Origin: Sphaeroforma arctica JP610
Taxonomy: Eukaryota
Reading direction: 5' to 3'
DNA: 33,982 nt
NCBI RefSeq assembly: GCF_001186125.1
Contig: NW_014040546.1
Span: 174,431-208,412 of the forward strand
Numbering within the stretch: the stretch's first letter is position 1; each line of letters begins with the position of its first letter. Below are positions 11,901-24,800 of this stretch, piece after piece. Both the position numbers and the translations under genes were made by a program. The notes beneath the pieces are model-generated. The model made no database searches. It saw only the letters and a list, made by a program, of their open reading frames with translations, and was not told where the DNA came from.

Positions 11901-13994
11901 AGCCGTGCCCTGGGTGGTGCAGCGTATGTTGGATCGCTCTGACCTTGACGTCACAGTAGCCGACGCACAGGGAAATACAGCCCTGCACGCCCTCGCCTCG
12001 CGTTGCTATGGCAACCAGACGGCCCGGGAGCGGATTATGGGACTGTACGATGAGCTGCTCACGCGAGGGGCCAATGCGTTGCAGCAGAACAACGAGGCGC
12101 AGGTGGCCGTTGGGTGTGTGTTAAAGCAGAAGACGTTCTGGCACACTCCCGTGGAGAAGTTGCTGAGACACGTGAAGCACGACATCACCCCCGGGTACGG
12201 CTGAGGGTGCAGTGGATATATATATACGTGTGTGTGAATCCGTTAAAGTACTGTATAGACTTGTGTGTGCATCCGTTAGCGTACTGTATAGGCTTGTGTA
12301 TGAATCCGTTCTGTTGCACTCTCGTGTGTATTATGTTACACATACTTGACTATTATATATACACATACTACGATATATAAAAACACTCACGTAACATACA
12401 CACACGTACTCTACTACACAGCCCCCGAAGTGGCGGCAATACGCTACTGCATCTTCTTCTGAGCAAAATTATGGATGCCACATCCAGCGACAGCGGCAGC
12501 TTTAAACAGATGTTCGGTACTTTGCGTGACACTTTGGGCGAGGACGTGTGCGGGCGATGGGCTGAGACGGTTAACGATGACGGCTACACTCCTGTACTGG
12601 TGGCGTTTGCTGGTAGGTATTTCTATTTATAGAACACATGAGTAAATTATTTATTGAACACATGAGTGAATGCATGGTGTGGATGTTCGGTACTTTGCGT
12701 GACACTGTGGGCGAGGACGTGTGCGGGCAATGGTCTGAGACGGTTAACGATGACAGCTGCACTCCTGTATTAATGACGTTTGCTAGTAGGTATTGTGATA
12801 TTTCTATTTATAGAACACATGAGTGAATGTATGGTGTGAATGTTCGGTACTTTACAGACACTGTGGGCGAGGATGAGAACGGGAGATTGACTGCCACTGA
12901 TTGGTAGTGAGCTGTTTATAGTTCACTTGTTTTAACGTACGAGACGAGAGTAGTGTTACTATGTACGAACTCTGCTACGGCAGATGGCTATATCGATTAC
13001 TTCGCTCAACTGTATGTTAATATACCTACACAAACATACCTACACGAACATACCTACACACACATACCTACACGAACATACCTACACACACAGCGGTACA
13101 GAAGAACTGGACCTCTTGCACACATCCGTCTGTGCCGCTTTTAGAGTTTGTGGTGAGTGCTCTCCCGAGACACCTAGACGCGTGTGTGACTCGCACGGCA
13201 GCCTTCAGCGATCTGGTTGTCATGGCAACGCGCATCGCGGCGACAACGGCGACAGATTTCAGTCTGTTTGAGCGAGAAGGAGGTAGCGAGGACCAGGTAT
13301 AGTAGATGATGAGTCATGTCTGTATGTGGATAGGTGTGGAATACGAGCACAGCATGAGTCCTTTTATACCCTTTTGTACTGTAGCAGGTGCAGTGAGTAC
13401 CCCTTTTGTACTGTAACAGGTGCAGTGAGTACCCCTATTGTACTGTAGCAGGTGCAGTGAGTACCCCTTTTGTACTGTAACAGGTGCAGTGAGTACCCCT
13501 TTTGTACTGTAACAGGTGCAGTGAGTACCCCTTTTGTACTGTAGCAGGTGCAGTAGGTATTGTTTATGTGAGGTCTATTGTGCGTTAGTACGTGTGTGTC
13601 GTTTCATGCCAATCACATCTCTAGTTTTGGTCTCTTTAAAGCCGCGACTTACAATATCTACAGTGCACAGCTCAATACAACTCATAACTCGAGTGCACAA
13701 CTATGTATACACACACAACAACAACAACACATGCATAACAACACCACACACAACAACAACAACACACACACAACTACAACAACAACACACACACACAACA
13801 ACGCACACACAACAACACACTCACAACAACAGCAACACATAATAACACACGCGCACATAAAACAACCATCACATGTCAAATAAATGTCGCAGAAGAAGAA
13901 TGGACGATCAAACAACGCTGGTAATCAGCGCCGTCGATCATTCTACCACTCAGATGATTCTGATTCAGGTATGTTCAAAGCTTGTACTAGAATC

Positions 13995-14034
<40 letters not shown>

Positions 14035-14039
14035 GACAG

Positions 14040-14114
<75 letters not shown>

Positions 14115-14118
14115 CATA

Positions 14119-14156
<38 letters not shown>

Positions 14157-14226
14157 TTGTGTGTGTTTTATATATATGTATATATATATATATATCTATA
14201 TTCAGCATGTATATTTATAAAGGTAC

Positions 14227-14282
<56 letters not shown>

Positions 14283-16309
14283 GTATGTGTGTTGGTTTGT
14301 GTCTATGTCTATGTGACTATCGGTATATACATAAATAAATATTTATATTATATATACATACAGCATCTCATAGACGTGTGTCTGTGCACTGCATTATTTC
14401 ATGGGTTGTTTGTATTCCTTTGTTGTACTGTGTATATTAAGTGTTCACATGGGATGAGTCTCACTGTCATACCTGGGTCGTGTACAAGCTGTGTATATTC
14501 AGCTACACAGGATGTGTACGATTTTAACGATGCGTTCAACGCTTTGAATGCATTTTTCTAGTAGCCACTGAGTTCATATCCATATACTTTAAAAGTCGGG
14601 AGTATATATTTAGGGTAAAGAGCCTGTGAAGTGAGCGTGTGAATCACAATACACGTTGAATAGCTAAAGTGTATGGATCTCAGTGAGATATGATTTGCGA
14701 CTATGGCGACGCGCGTGTGTGTGGTTTTCGTAGTCAACTTTTCTTTGGCAAATTCCTAGTAGGGATGACCATACAACTGCACACACTTGCACACGTGCAC
14801 TGGTGTTGACGCATACTCACGCAAGCTTGCAAGTATACGTGTATACACCCGCGTACACTCTGAAAAGCTTCAGGTAGATGGATAGTGCATATAGCCGCAG
14901 GCTAGGTGCTTTAGGGTTCAGGGTCTAAGGTTTGTGTGTATATAGACACTTGGGTGGCTCATGTATATCTAAACCCTGCGCATGGCTCCGACAGATTCGT
15001 CTGGAGATAGCTCAGACGCCAGTGACGCCGAGGATGTCGACAGCAGCATCAGCGGGTCTAAGCCAGGCACAGCACACACTCAGATCAGATGGCGTGTGAA
15101 GGACCAGTACACACCCCACGGCAACATGAACGCGTTCCATTTCACTACCTTGATCCCAGGTATGGTATGATTTTAATATTGAGGTATGATGGTAGAAGTG
15201 AGGTACTTGGAATACCCATTCTGATTGAGTAACGTATATCTGGGTCTGGATAAACTTTTCATACCCTTTTTTTTTTTTGATATACATTCTTATAATTAGG
15301 ACAAAATTTGTTGTTGTTGTTTTAATCCCCTTTTCCGTTACATATATGAAAATATCTAGGTCTGAATATACTTTCAATACTCATTTCCGTTCTAAGTATA
15401 TGTATATAGGTCTGAGTATTCATTTATATATCCATTTCCGCTAAATGTATTCCTTTATATATCCATTTCCGTCACATATATACATATGTCTATGTCAAAG
15501 TTTACTTCTGTACCCCTTTTCGCTACGTATATTCATACATCTAAATCGAAGCATACGTCCTCGAGGCATGTGTAAACCCTAAACCTTAAACTCTAAAACC
15601 CTAAAGGATACGTTCTCGTGCCATGTGGACCTATGCAGGGCTATGCACCAACCATGCTTCTAGACTCGTTTGTGGCTATAAACCGCACACAACCCTTCAT
15701 GTTTTAATTCGTAATCGTAATCAAATCTAAAGGCCCGTACAGGCCCACCAGAGATGTCTCGTGATGTTGTGTAATCTTAAGACAATGCCTTTGTATTTGC
15801 ATCCTTGCACTATGCTAAACTATGCTACTAACACGCTGGCTGAGCCACGACGAAGAGAAGGCGAACATCGACTAACAACACTCAGGTATCCTATACGTCT
15901 TCTCATCTGTGTGGTTTCACTGCATTTCATCTCACTACAGATGTGGGGTGGTGTACTGAAATGTGTCTCGAGCTACTCAAAGCGATCTCCAAGCCCAGAG
16001 CCAAGACACTACTGAACGCAAAAGCGGTACATACCGGGACGACTCCCCTCAGCAACCTGTACAAGCTCACACACACACGCGATTCAGCCGAGACCTCTGT
16101 GCGTACCATTGCTCAGCTGATGAAGACGTTGTGTGATGTGGGTGCACATGCTATGCCTGTGTCTAACCCTTTCTTCGTATCACTGGACGACGCCGTGGCT
16201 TATCAGAGTGAGCCAGTGGATGAGACTCAGCTGCTCAAGCGAATTACGGCGTACCAGGCAGGCAGTATGTGTGTGCGGGTGTGGGTATATATATATATAT
16301 GTGTGTGTG

Positions 16310-16371
<62 letters not shown>

Positions 16372-17406
16372 CATATATATATATATGTGTGTGTGTGTGT
16401 ATGCTTGTTTGTATGTATATTTATGTATATATTGTATATTTATGTATATATATATATATATATATATGGGTGCGTATGTGTGTTTTTTAAGAGCTCGTGA
16501 ACAATACAATCAAGGGAAGAAGTGTCTGTGTTAATGCCCATGGTTCATATACCATATCAATAGACACGTGTGCGACGTTGCTGAGTATGTGTTTTATGAA
16601 TGTTTCTATTTGAAAGTAGTAAAGTTCAGATGTGCACGCATGTGTGTTTCTCCTCTGAAACAACAATATTGTCGATTACGCCTTCATCAATTCCTTTAAT
16701 AACTTTTACGGATGAGCACCTATATTCTGATGTACGTTTATGCATGTGTGTCAATGTATGTATGTACATTTATATCTAGTGTCTGTATATTGTTGTACGT
16801 TTTTATTAAACATCTGTTTTTATGTACATTGATATCGAGTGTCTGTATGCGGATGTACTTCTGTGGTTGTATTCAATACTTATAATACTGACTCCATTCC
16901 TATGCTCGTTTGATTTCACACTGCACAGTCGATGCCAGTGCCAGTGCAATGGACTTGGACGAGTCGGTAGATAAGGATGCATCAGAGGAAGAGACAATTA
17001 AAGAGGTCCTCCACACATTCATACTCAACAGAGAGAAAGCTAACATAGCGGCCATGGTACGCGACAAAACGCGCCGTCAGTTGCTAAGCAACCAGTTTAA
17101 TCCGCCGGTGCACTCGATGCTCGCTCCAACCCTGTCTGTCAAATCAGAGGTGTGTGGTGTATGCACGTGGTGTCAGGATAGCCATTGTTTCTATTTTAGT
17201 TCTCATTGGTGATGGTGTGGGTCTGTTGCTGGGAACTGAATATTGCGAATATATGAACTGTTCATGCTAACCTGTGATACGAAATATACATGTTGTGGGC
17301 CTATAGTGTACACACACCCCGTGCATAGGCTATTACTGCCGTAATTATCATATCGATGTGTATATATGTATANNNNNNNNNNNNNNNNNNNNTAGATGTG
17401 TTTATG

Positions 17407-17438
<32 letters not shown>

Positions 17439-17478
17439 CATATTTATTTATGTGTATATGTGTATGTATATATATATG

Positions 17479-17518
<40 letters not shown>

Positions 17519-18746
17519 CTCTTGTCCATAGCATACGGGATCACCGAGCACTGTCTCTGTTGTACCGAATATACGCTTGCACCGATGTCGACCCGTCCCA
17601 GTTCTGTTTGGTCAGCGCAAAAAGGAGTTCAAAAATCTTCTGTTCAAGTTCTAAGTTTAACTTGCCGTACTATACACGACGCTTCACGTATGCGTAGAAA
17701 ATTGATACACAGATATATATCACACTCACAAGTCAACCTGACCTACTCGCACACTCACAGGTTATCACTGAACTGGTTGTAGCGGATGTGTGTCTTGATC
17801 TAGAGATAAAGAACCTGTCAGGACAAACGGCCCTGTTTGTGAGCGTGGCCAATAAAAACAAATGGTTCGCTGAAGCGCTGCTGAGCGCTGGGGCAGACGC
17901 AAATGCGGTCAGCGAAGGAGAGACACCTTTGGTAAGTGAACACGTGTACGCGTGTTTCTATCTACTCACACATGTGCGGTTGGGTGTGTCCTAGGTTTTA
18001 GGGTTGTTGTGTATGCAAACACGCATATAGTTATGTGTCATGGCAGAATGTGGGGTTTTAGGGTTTTGTCACGGCGAGAATACTAGTGTGATGCATGCAT
18101 GCACATGCAATAGAACAGCCACAGAGCTACCTGGCCAATAGTTTAAGGCTTGAGTACTGTCTGTATTCACTCAGTAGCTTATGTTATACACGCGTGCACA
18201 TGCTATATATTACTCATGCATGCACATGCTATATATTACACATACATGCTCATGTTATATATTATACATGCATGCACATGTTATATGCGTATGAGCGCAC
18301 TCTCATATCGCTGTGTTGTATTCAGGGGTTGTGCAGTGGATCATAATCCATGAAATTAGCGGGTTGTTCTTAACAGTAGTTCACACCTGTGTGCTTGCCA
18401 TTCGTTTATTCCATGTGCATATTTAACAACGGTTTATTTTAACTGTGAACCTATTGCTGTCTGTCTCTCTCAGCAGTGGTCTACATCTGTGTACGTGCCG
18501 CCCTTTTATTGCAAGTATACACTTAACAAACGGCTCAACTGTACACCTATGATTGTCTGTCTCTCTCAGACCGTTGCGTGTGCCTTGGGCGACCTATCAC
18601 TCGTGAAGCTAATGGTGGACAACAACGCAGATGTGCACTACCAAACACCGCACAACGGCACCTGTCTACACGTCGCTGTGTTGCAACAGCACGAACAAGT
18701 GGTCCAGTTCCTGCTCCAAGCAGGCGTGGATGTGGAGGTTTGTTAA

Positions 18747-18782
<36 letters not shown>

Positions 18783-19335
18783 ATCTATCTATCTACTATA
18801 TATNNNNNNNNNNNNNNNNNNNNNNNNNNNNNNNNNNNNNNNNNNNNNNNNNNNNNNNNNNNNNNNNNNNNNNNNNNNNNNNNNNNNNNNNNNNNNNNNN
18901 NNNNNNNNNNNNNNNNNNNNNNNNNNNNNNNNNNNNNNNNNNNNNNNNNNNNNNNNNNNNNNNNNNNNNNNNNNNNNNNNNNNNNNNNNNNNNNNNNNNN
19001 NNNNNNNNNNNNNNNNNNNNNNNNNNNNNNNNNNNNNNNNNNNNNNNNNNNNNNNNNNNNNNNNNNNNNNNNNNNNNNNNNNNNNNNNNNNNNNNNNNNN
19101 NNNNNNNNNNNNNNNNNNNNNNNNNNNNNNNNNNNNNNNNNNNNNNNNNNNNNNNNNNNNNNNNNNNNNNNNNNNNNNNNNNNNNNNNNNNNNNNNNNNN
19201 NNNNNNNNNNNNNNNNNNNNNNNNNNNNNNNNNNNNNNNNNNNNNNNNNNNNNNNNNNNNNNNNNNNNNNNNNNNNNNNNNNNNNNNNNNNNNNNNNNNN
19301 NNNNNGGCGGTGGAGTGTGGTAGGTTTAGTTAATA

Positions 19336-19369
<34 letters not shown>

Positions 19370-20583
19370 ATCTATCTATCTACCTATATATCTATATGTA
19401 ATATTTATAATATATGTATATATATATGTGTGTGTGTGTGTGTTGTTTACTTTTGTTTACTTTTGTTATTTTTGCATTGTTTTTTTCTGTCCTGGTGTGT
19501 TGGATCATCTGTGCGCGTGTGTGCGTATAACGCACCCACAGATATAGGTGGGTAGACATGCAAAGATATAAATACAACGCCCAATCTATCAACTACATAC
19601 CAGCTCCCCAAGAGAAACAAAACAATCTGGTCTGTGCTAAGCCTATTCACATGCAGAAGAAAACATTAACTCATTGCTTGTACAAGAACATATTGTGCAT
19701 ACACGTGTGCACTGGTCTGTAGGTGAACAGCACATATGCACCCGTTCGTATATACCACTGATGCACGTATACGCCAGTGTGCCTGACCCAGGACACGATA
19801 TAGAGGACCGGTCCTAATTGTACTTTAATCTCCGTCCCCTGTGACATTACCCACACACACCACACACGCACCCAAAATATAAACAGGGCAAGGACAGCCG
19901 AGCACGCACAGCCCTACACCACGCCGTGTCCAAGGTCAAAGGAGCCAAACAGATGCTCAGGCCAATTGAGGTCCAATTACTCGAGGCAGGTGCAAGTGTA
20001 AATGTCCAGGACAAGTACGAACGCACACCACTGCACTACGCATTTGTCAGCACAGACCACGACATGCAGTGTGACTTCCCGCCCAAGCCAGGCAGTAGTA
20101 CGGGTATGTGGATATATATATATGTATGTATATATATATATATATATATATTCGTGTCATGGACAACCGCAACATTCCAATCATAGTTCAACGGTATCCC
20201 CAACATTCTAATTCTAGCTCAATCGTTTATCTACCATTCTAGCTATACTTCAACCACCTACCTACCATTCCTACCTATCCCCACAGTGGACCCCATTGAT
20301 CTGTTGACTGCGTTCACAGCCACCAGTACATTCAACCTCAGCACACGTGACATGGACAACCGCAACATTCTGCATTTGGCGGCGGCTGTTGGCGCCACTG
20401 TGTGCGCCATTTCATTGGTCGAGAGAGACCCGACACTCGCCGATCAGTTGGACTGCGATGGCAACACACCACTCGCGTGCGCTATAATGAGTCAGAGGGT
20501 ATGAACTGCGAAGTAAAGGTGTATTGCATGACTTATATATAATTGTATGCATATATGTATATTTATTATATATATATATACGC

Positions 20584-20650
<67 letters not shown>

Positions 20651-21861
20651 ATTCTATTGCATAGCTGAAATATAACAACAGCTCGTCAATACTATATAAT
20701 GACTGCAAATCTCTCAACTCTATTACCAGGCGCACTCGGCTATTCTGCTGATTAGCAAGGACGCCGGCCTGACCCATCCTATCCACATAGTACGCAAAGA
20801 GTGGGTGGTCCATAAGCAACCCAAGGCCACCCAAGTAGACAACAACCAAGCTGGACAAGCCATCTCGTTCCCTCGTCCCCCCCAGCAACCCACCCCAAAA
20901 CGGCAAATACGTATAGTATCGAGAGAGACGCGCAGTCCACTTTACTGTGCACTGGATGCGGGGGTTGAGTTCCAGAGTGTTGCCCGTTATCTGCTGGCGC
21001 GTGGGGGTGTGAGTGTAGTGCAGGTGTTGCGAGATCTGTTTGCGTGTGGTAAGTTTCAGTTGGCCCTGAAGCACATCCGCGAGAGCCGCAACAGCGAGGT
21101 AGGTATACGGCGTCACGTAGGTGTGACTATTAAGTGTGTAGTAGCAGTAAGGTAGGTATGTGTGTATGTACTAAGTGTGTAATAGTATCGTAGGTACATG
21201 TGTATGTACTAAGTGTTTAATAACGTAGGTATATGTGTNNNNNNNNNNNNNNNNNNNNAAGTGTTTAATAACGTAGGTATATGTGTGTGTACTAAGTGTT
21301 TAATATCATATATATATATATATACTAAGTGTGGAATAGTAACGTAGGTATATGTGTATGTACTAAGTGTGTAATAGTATCGTAGGTATATGTGTGTGTA
21401 CTAAGTGTTTAATAACGTATATATATATATATACTAAGTGTGGAATAGTATCGTAGGTATATGTGTATGTACTAAGTGTGTAATAGTATCGTAGGTATAT
21501 GTGTGTGTACTAAATGTTAAATAACGTATATATAATGTGTACTAAGTGTCGAATAGTAACGTAGGTATATGTGTATGTACTAAGTGTGTAATAGTATCGT
21601 AGGTAAATGCGTGTAAAAATAACGTAGGTATATATGTGTGTACTATTTGCAATAGCCAACTCTGTGTCCTCTAATTCTCGGGTGAGCTCACTATACACAT
21701 TTCTCTCCAACGTATCTCCAAATGTCGTCATTTAACACAGGAGTTGGCTGAGCGTGATGCAGAAGGTATGACATTACTACACCGTCTGTGTGCCGCGAGT
21801 AGCTTCACACACTCTCCTGGCTTCGCCACTACCATTGCACAGGTATGTGAAGAATACACCA

Positions 21862-21898
<37 letters not shown>

Positions 21899-24800
21899 GG
21901 TGGGTGGGTGGGTGGATGGATGTACATATATATATATATGTGTGTTTGTGTATTTATATATATATATATAATCTTTGCATTTGCTTATGTACATAGTATG
22001 TGTACTGTACTGGTGCATTGATGCTGCTTGTGCGGTCTGTGGGTTGGGCGTGTGTAGTCGTGTGCATAGGTATGTATTTTCCGGTGTAGTATTTCGTATC
22101 TGTAAGTAGATGTGCCACTACCATCACAACAATAGATACCATATGACACGAGTTGCCAGATATTGTCCTACTCCTGAGATACATCCTGGTGTATCGAATA
22201 TTACACGCCCCATGTGATGGGCTCGATGAGCCTCACCTGTGCGGTCACAACCCTAAACCCTACACCTTACACCCTGTTTCACACAGCCCCTAGAATGTCC
22301 GATTGTCCCATTATCGTATTGTCGTATGACTCATACGACCCATTTCACTCTCACAGGCGTTGTTGGCCAAAGGCACGATCGACGCCTCCGCTACGGACCA
22401 CCGCCGCCGCACCGCGCTCCACGTGGCTGCCTTATATGGGCACGTAGATCTCGTTATCCTATTGGTCGAGAAGTACAAGGTCAATGCGGATGCGACAGAC
22501 ACGACTGGGGGCACTGCGCTGTCACAGATGTTGACAGGCAACAACCCGTCAGTGCACATAGCCGCGTGTTTGCTGACACACTCTGCCCAGGGGGCGTCCA
22601 TGGTGAGGTATGGGTTGGTATCAACAGTACTATTACTATTGTGAGGTATGGGTTGGTATCAATAGTACTATTACTATTACGAGGTATGGTTTGGGGGGCG
22701 GGGGGTGTTCGAGGGGTAGATATTAATAAGATGCGTGAGTGGCAAGCATTTTTGAGAGACGTGTGTGTATGTACTTGTGTGTAGGGTAGAGTAGTACATA
22801 TTTCGTTGCACCATGTTGGGTGTGTTGGGTGTAGTAGGATGTGCCGCCCTTCTCAGAAGGCTTTAGAGAACACGTCCACGAAGACGAGTACAATAGGCCC
22901 ATTGCAGGCGAATCTTTCAAGCAAGGCTAAACCATCCATACACACCTGATGTACTAACTCACCCCACACACGTGTTTGCCGTCCCATCTGATAGGCGTAT
23001 TCTTCAAGCAAGGCTGAACCAACCATGCACACCTGATGTACTAACTCACCCCACACACGTCTCTGCCGTCCCATCTGATAGACGTATTCTTCAAGCAAGG
23101 CTAAACCATCCATGCACTCCTGATGTACTAACTCACCCCACACACGTCTCTGCCGTCCCATCTGCCCCCATCCACAGCACTCCATTAGTCAATGCTGCGC
23201 GTGTGCACGAAGAACAGTTGAGTGTACACGAGCGCTTTACCGAAGGCTATCAATTCACCACTCGATGTGCACAGACCACACACGAACGCACTGATGTGGT
23301 GCAACGCCTGACGCAGGAGAAGGCCACCACAGCCAATGCAGGTGACACGCCCCCTGGAGATGCGGGTATGGAACAGATGAGCATGCATGGCGATGGGTGG
23401 TGTTTGGGCTGTTATGTGGGGTGTGTTGTGTGTATGTTGTGTGTTGTGAAGTGTGTGTTTCGTGTATTATGGGACAGATGAGCATGCATGGCAATGGTGG
23501 GTGTATGGGCTGTTGTGTGTTGTGTGGAGTGTGTATATTGGGTGGTGTGGGGTGTTTGTTGTGTGTTGTGTGTCTGTTCTTTGGGGTGTGTTGTGTGTAT
23601 GTTGTGTGTGGCGTGTGGTGTGTGTTGTGTGTGGTGTGTGATATGTATGGGTTGGTAGGTTAGTGATGCCTGAGAGTGCTAGTCCGCTGTAGGCTGATGG
23701 CACTCGAACACAGTGCTGTGGCGCAGTGACTAATGGACGAAAGGGTTTCCATCCAGACCGTGTCAGTATCACGCGGCGACGGGTGCTGGTGACATACACC
23801 AAAGAAGAAATTCACGTGTGTAGGTATACAAACCCTAAACCCTAAAACCTAGAACGCTAAGCCCATCTCTCTCTCTCTCTCTTTCTCTCGCAGACCCCAC
23901 AGACACCCCCACGGCTGAGTCCACGTGTTTGATTGAGGCTGTGCGGTTGGGTGATGTGGGTCTGGTGAATGTGGTCATGGCCCATGCACAGCCCACCCAC
24001 TGCGCACTGACTGACTCGCAGGGCTATACGGCGCTGCACCACGCGGTCCTGTCCCGAAATGTGCAGGTGCTGGACACCCTGTTGCAGTGGAATAGGTATG
24101 AAGGGCTGGAGTGAACACTTGGGACTGGCAGAGAAAGGGACAATTATGTGGGTGTGTATATTAATAAGAGTTAGGTGTACTTATCTGGGTGTGTATATTA
24201 AGGAGAAATAGGTGTATCCATGTGGGCGAGTATGATAAGAAGTGATAAGTGTATATACGTGGGTTTTTATTGTATGGTTAGGAGTGATTTTATTTGGAAT
24301 ACTATTTTTAGTTAACATTCGTCCTCTATTCAATTCTTGAGGCCAAGTTAGACTGTTTCTGCCTGGGGTATGGTTGAGTTGCTTGTCGCGTAGTCACACA
24401 TACAAATATGTCAGTCTTACAGCCCTCTAGTCCCATAATATCAACTAGGTCGTACCATGAAACGGACCGTGTTTGCCCTCCACTTGTATGTCTGACCAGC
24501 CAAGCCACAACAGGTCTAAACACAGCTTCCTTGTATGTGTATTATTACGTTTACTATACGCTGTATTGCACCGATAAAATATAACCCAACCAACTCAAAG
24601 CGTAAACGTAATCCGTCTGGACACAGCCTGGTTGTCCCCTTCACTCTACGCCAAATAGCACCGACTGTCTATAAACTATCAAACTCAACTCGCAACTCTC
24701 TGTGTACTGTCAACTGCAGATTCGATATCGACGCACAAGACAGTCACGGGCGGACGGCCCTTCTGCACTCCGTTGCCATTGGTTCTATAAATAGCGACTG

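Noticed and set aside
17519..17688. Complex, open-frame sequence after a gap that might be an exon
   Set aside because: Phases do not fit the neighbours and 17149>17761 is already in frame; cannot be fully excluded because of the gap at 17373-17392.
22972..23177. 29-aa peptide repeats as part of the protein
   Set aside because: Upstream continuity is broken by a stop, and branch point plus acceptor at 23126-23177 mark the repeats as intronic.
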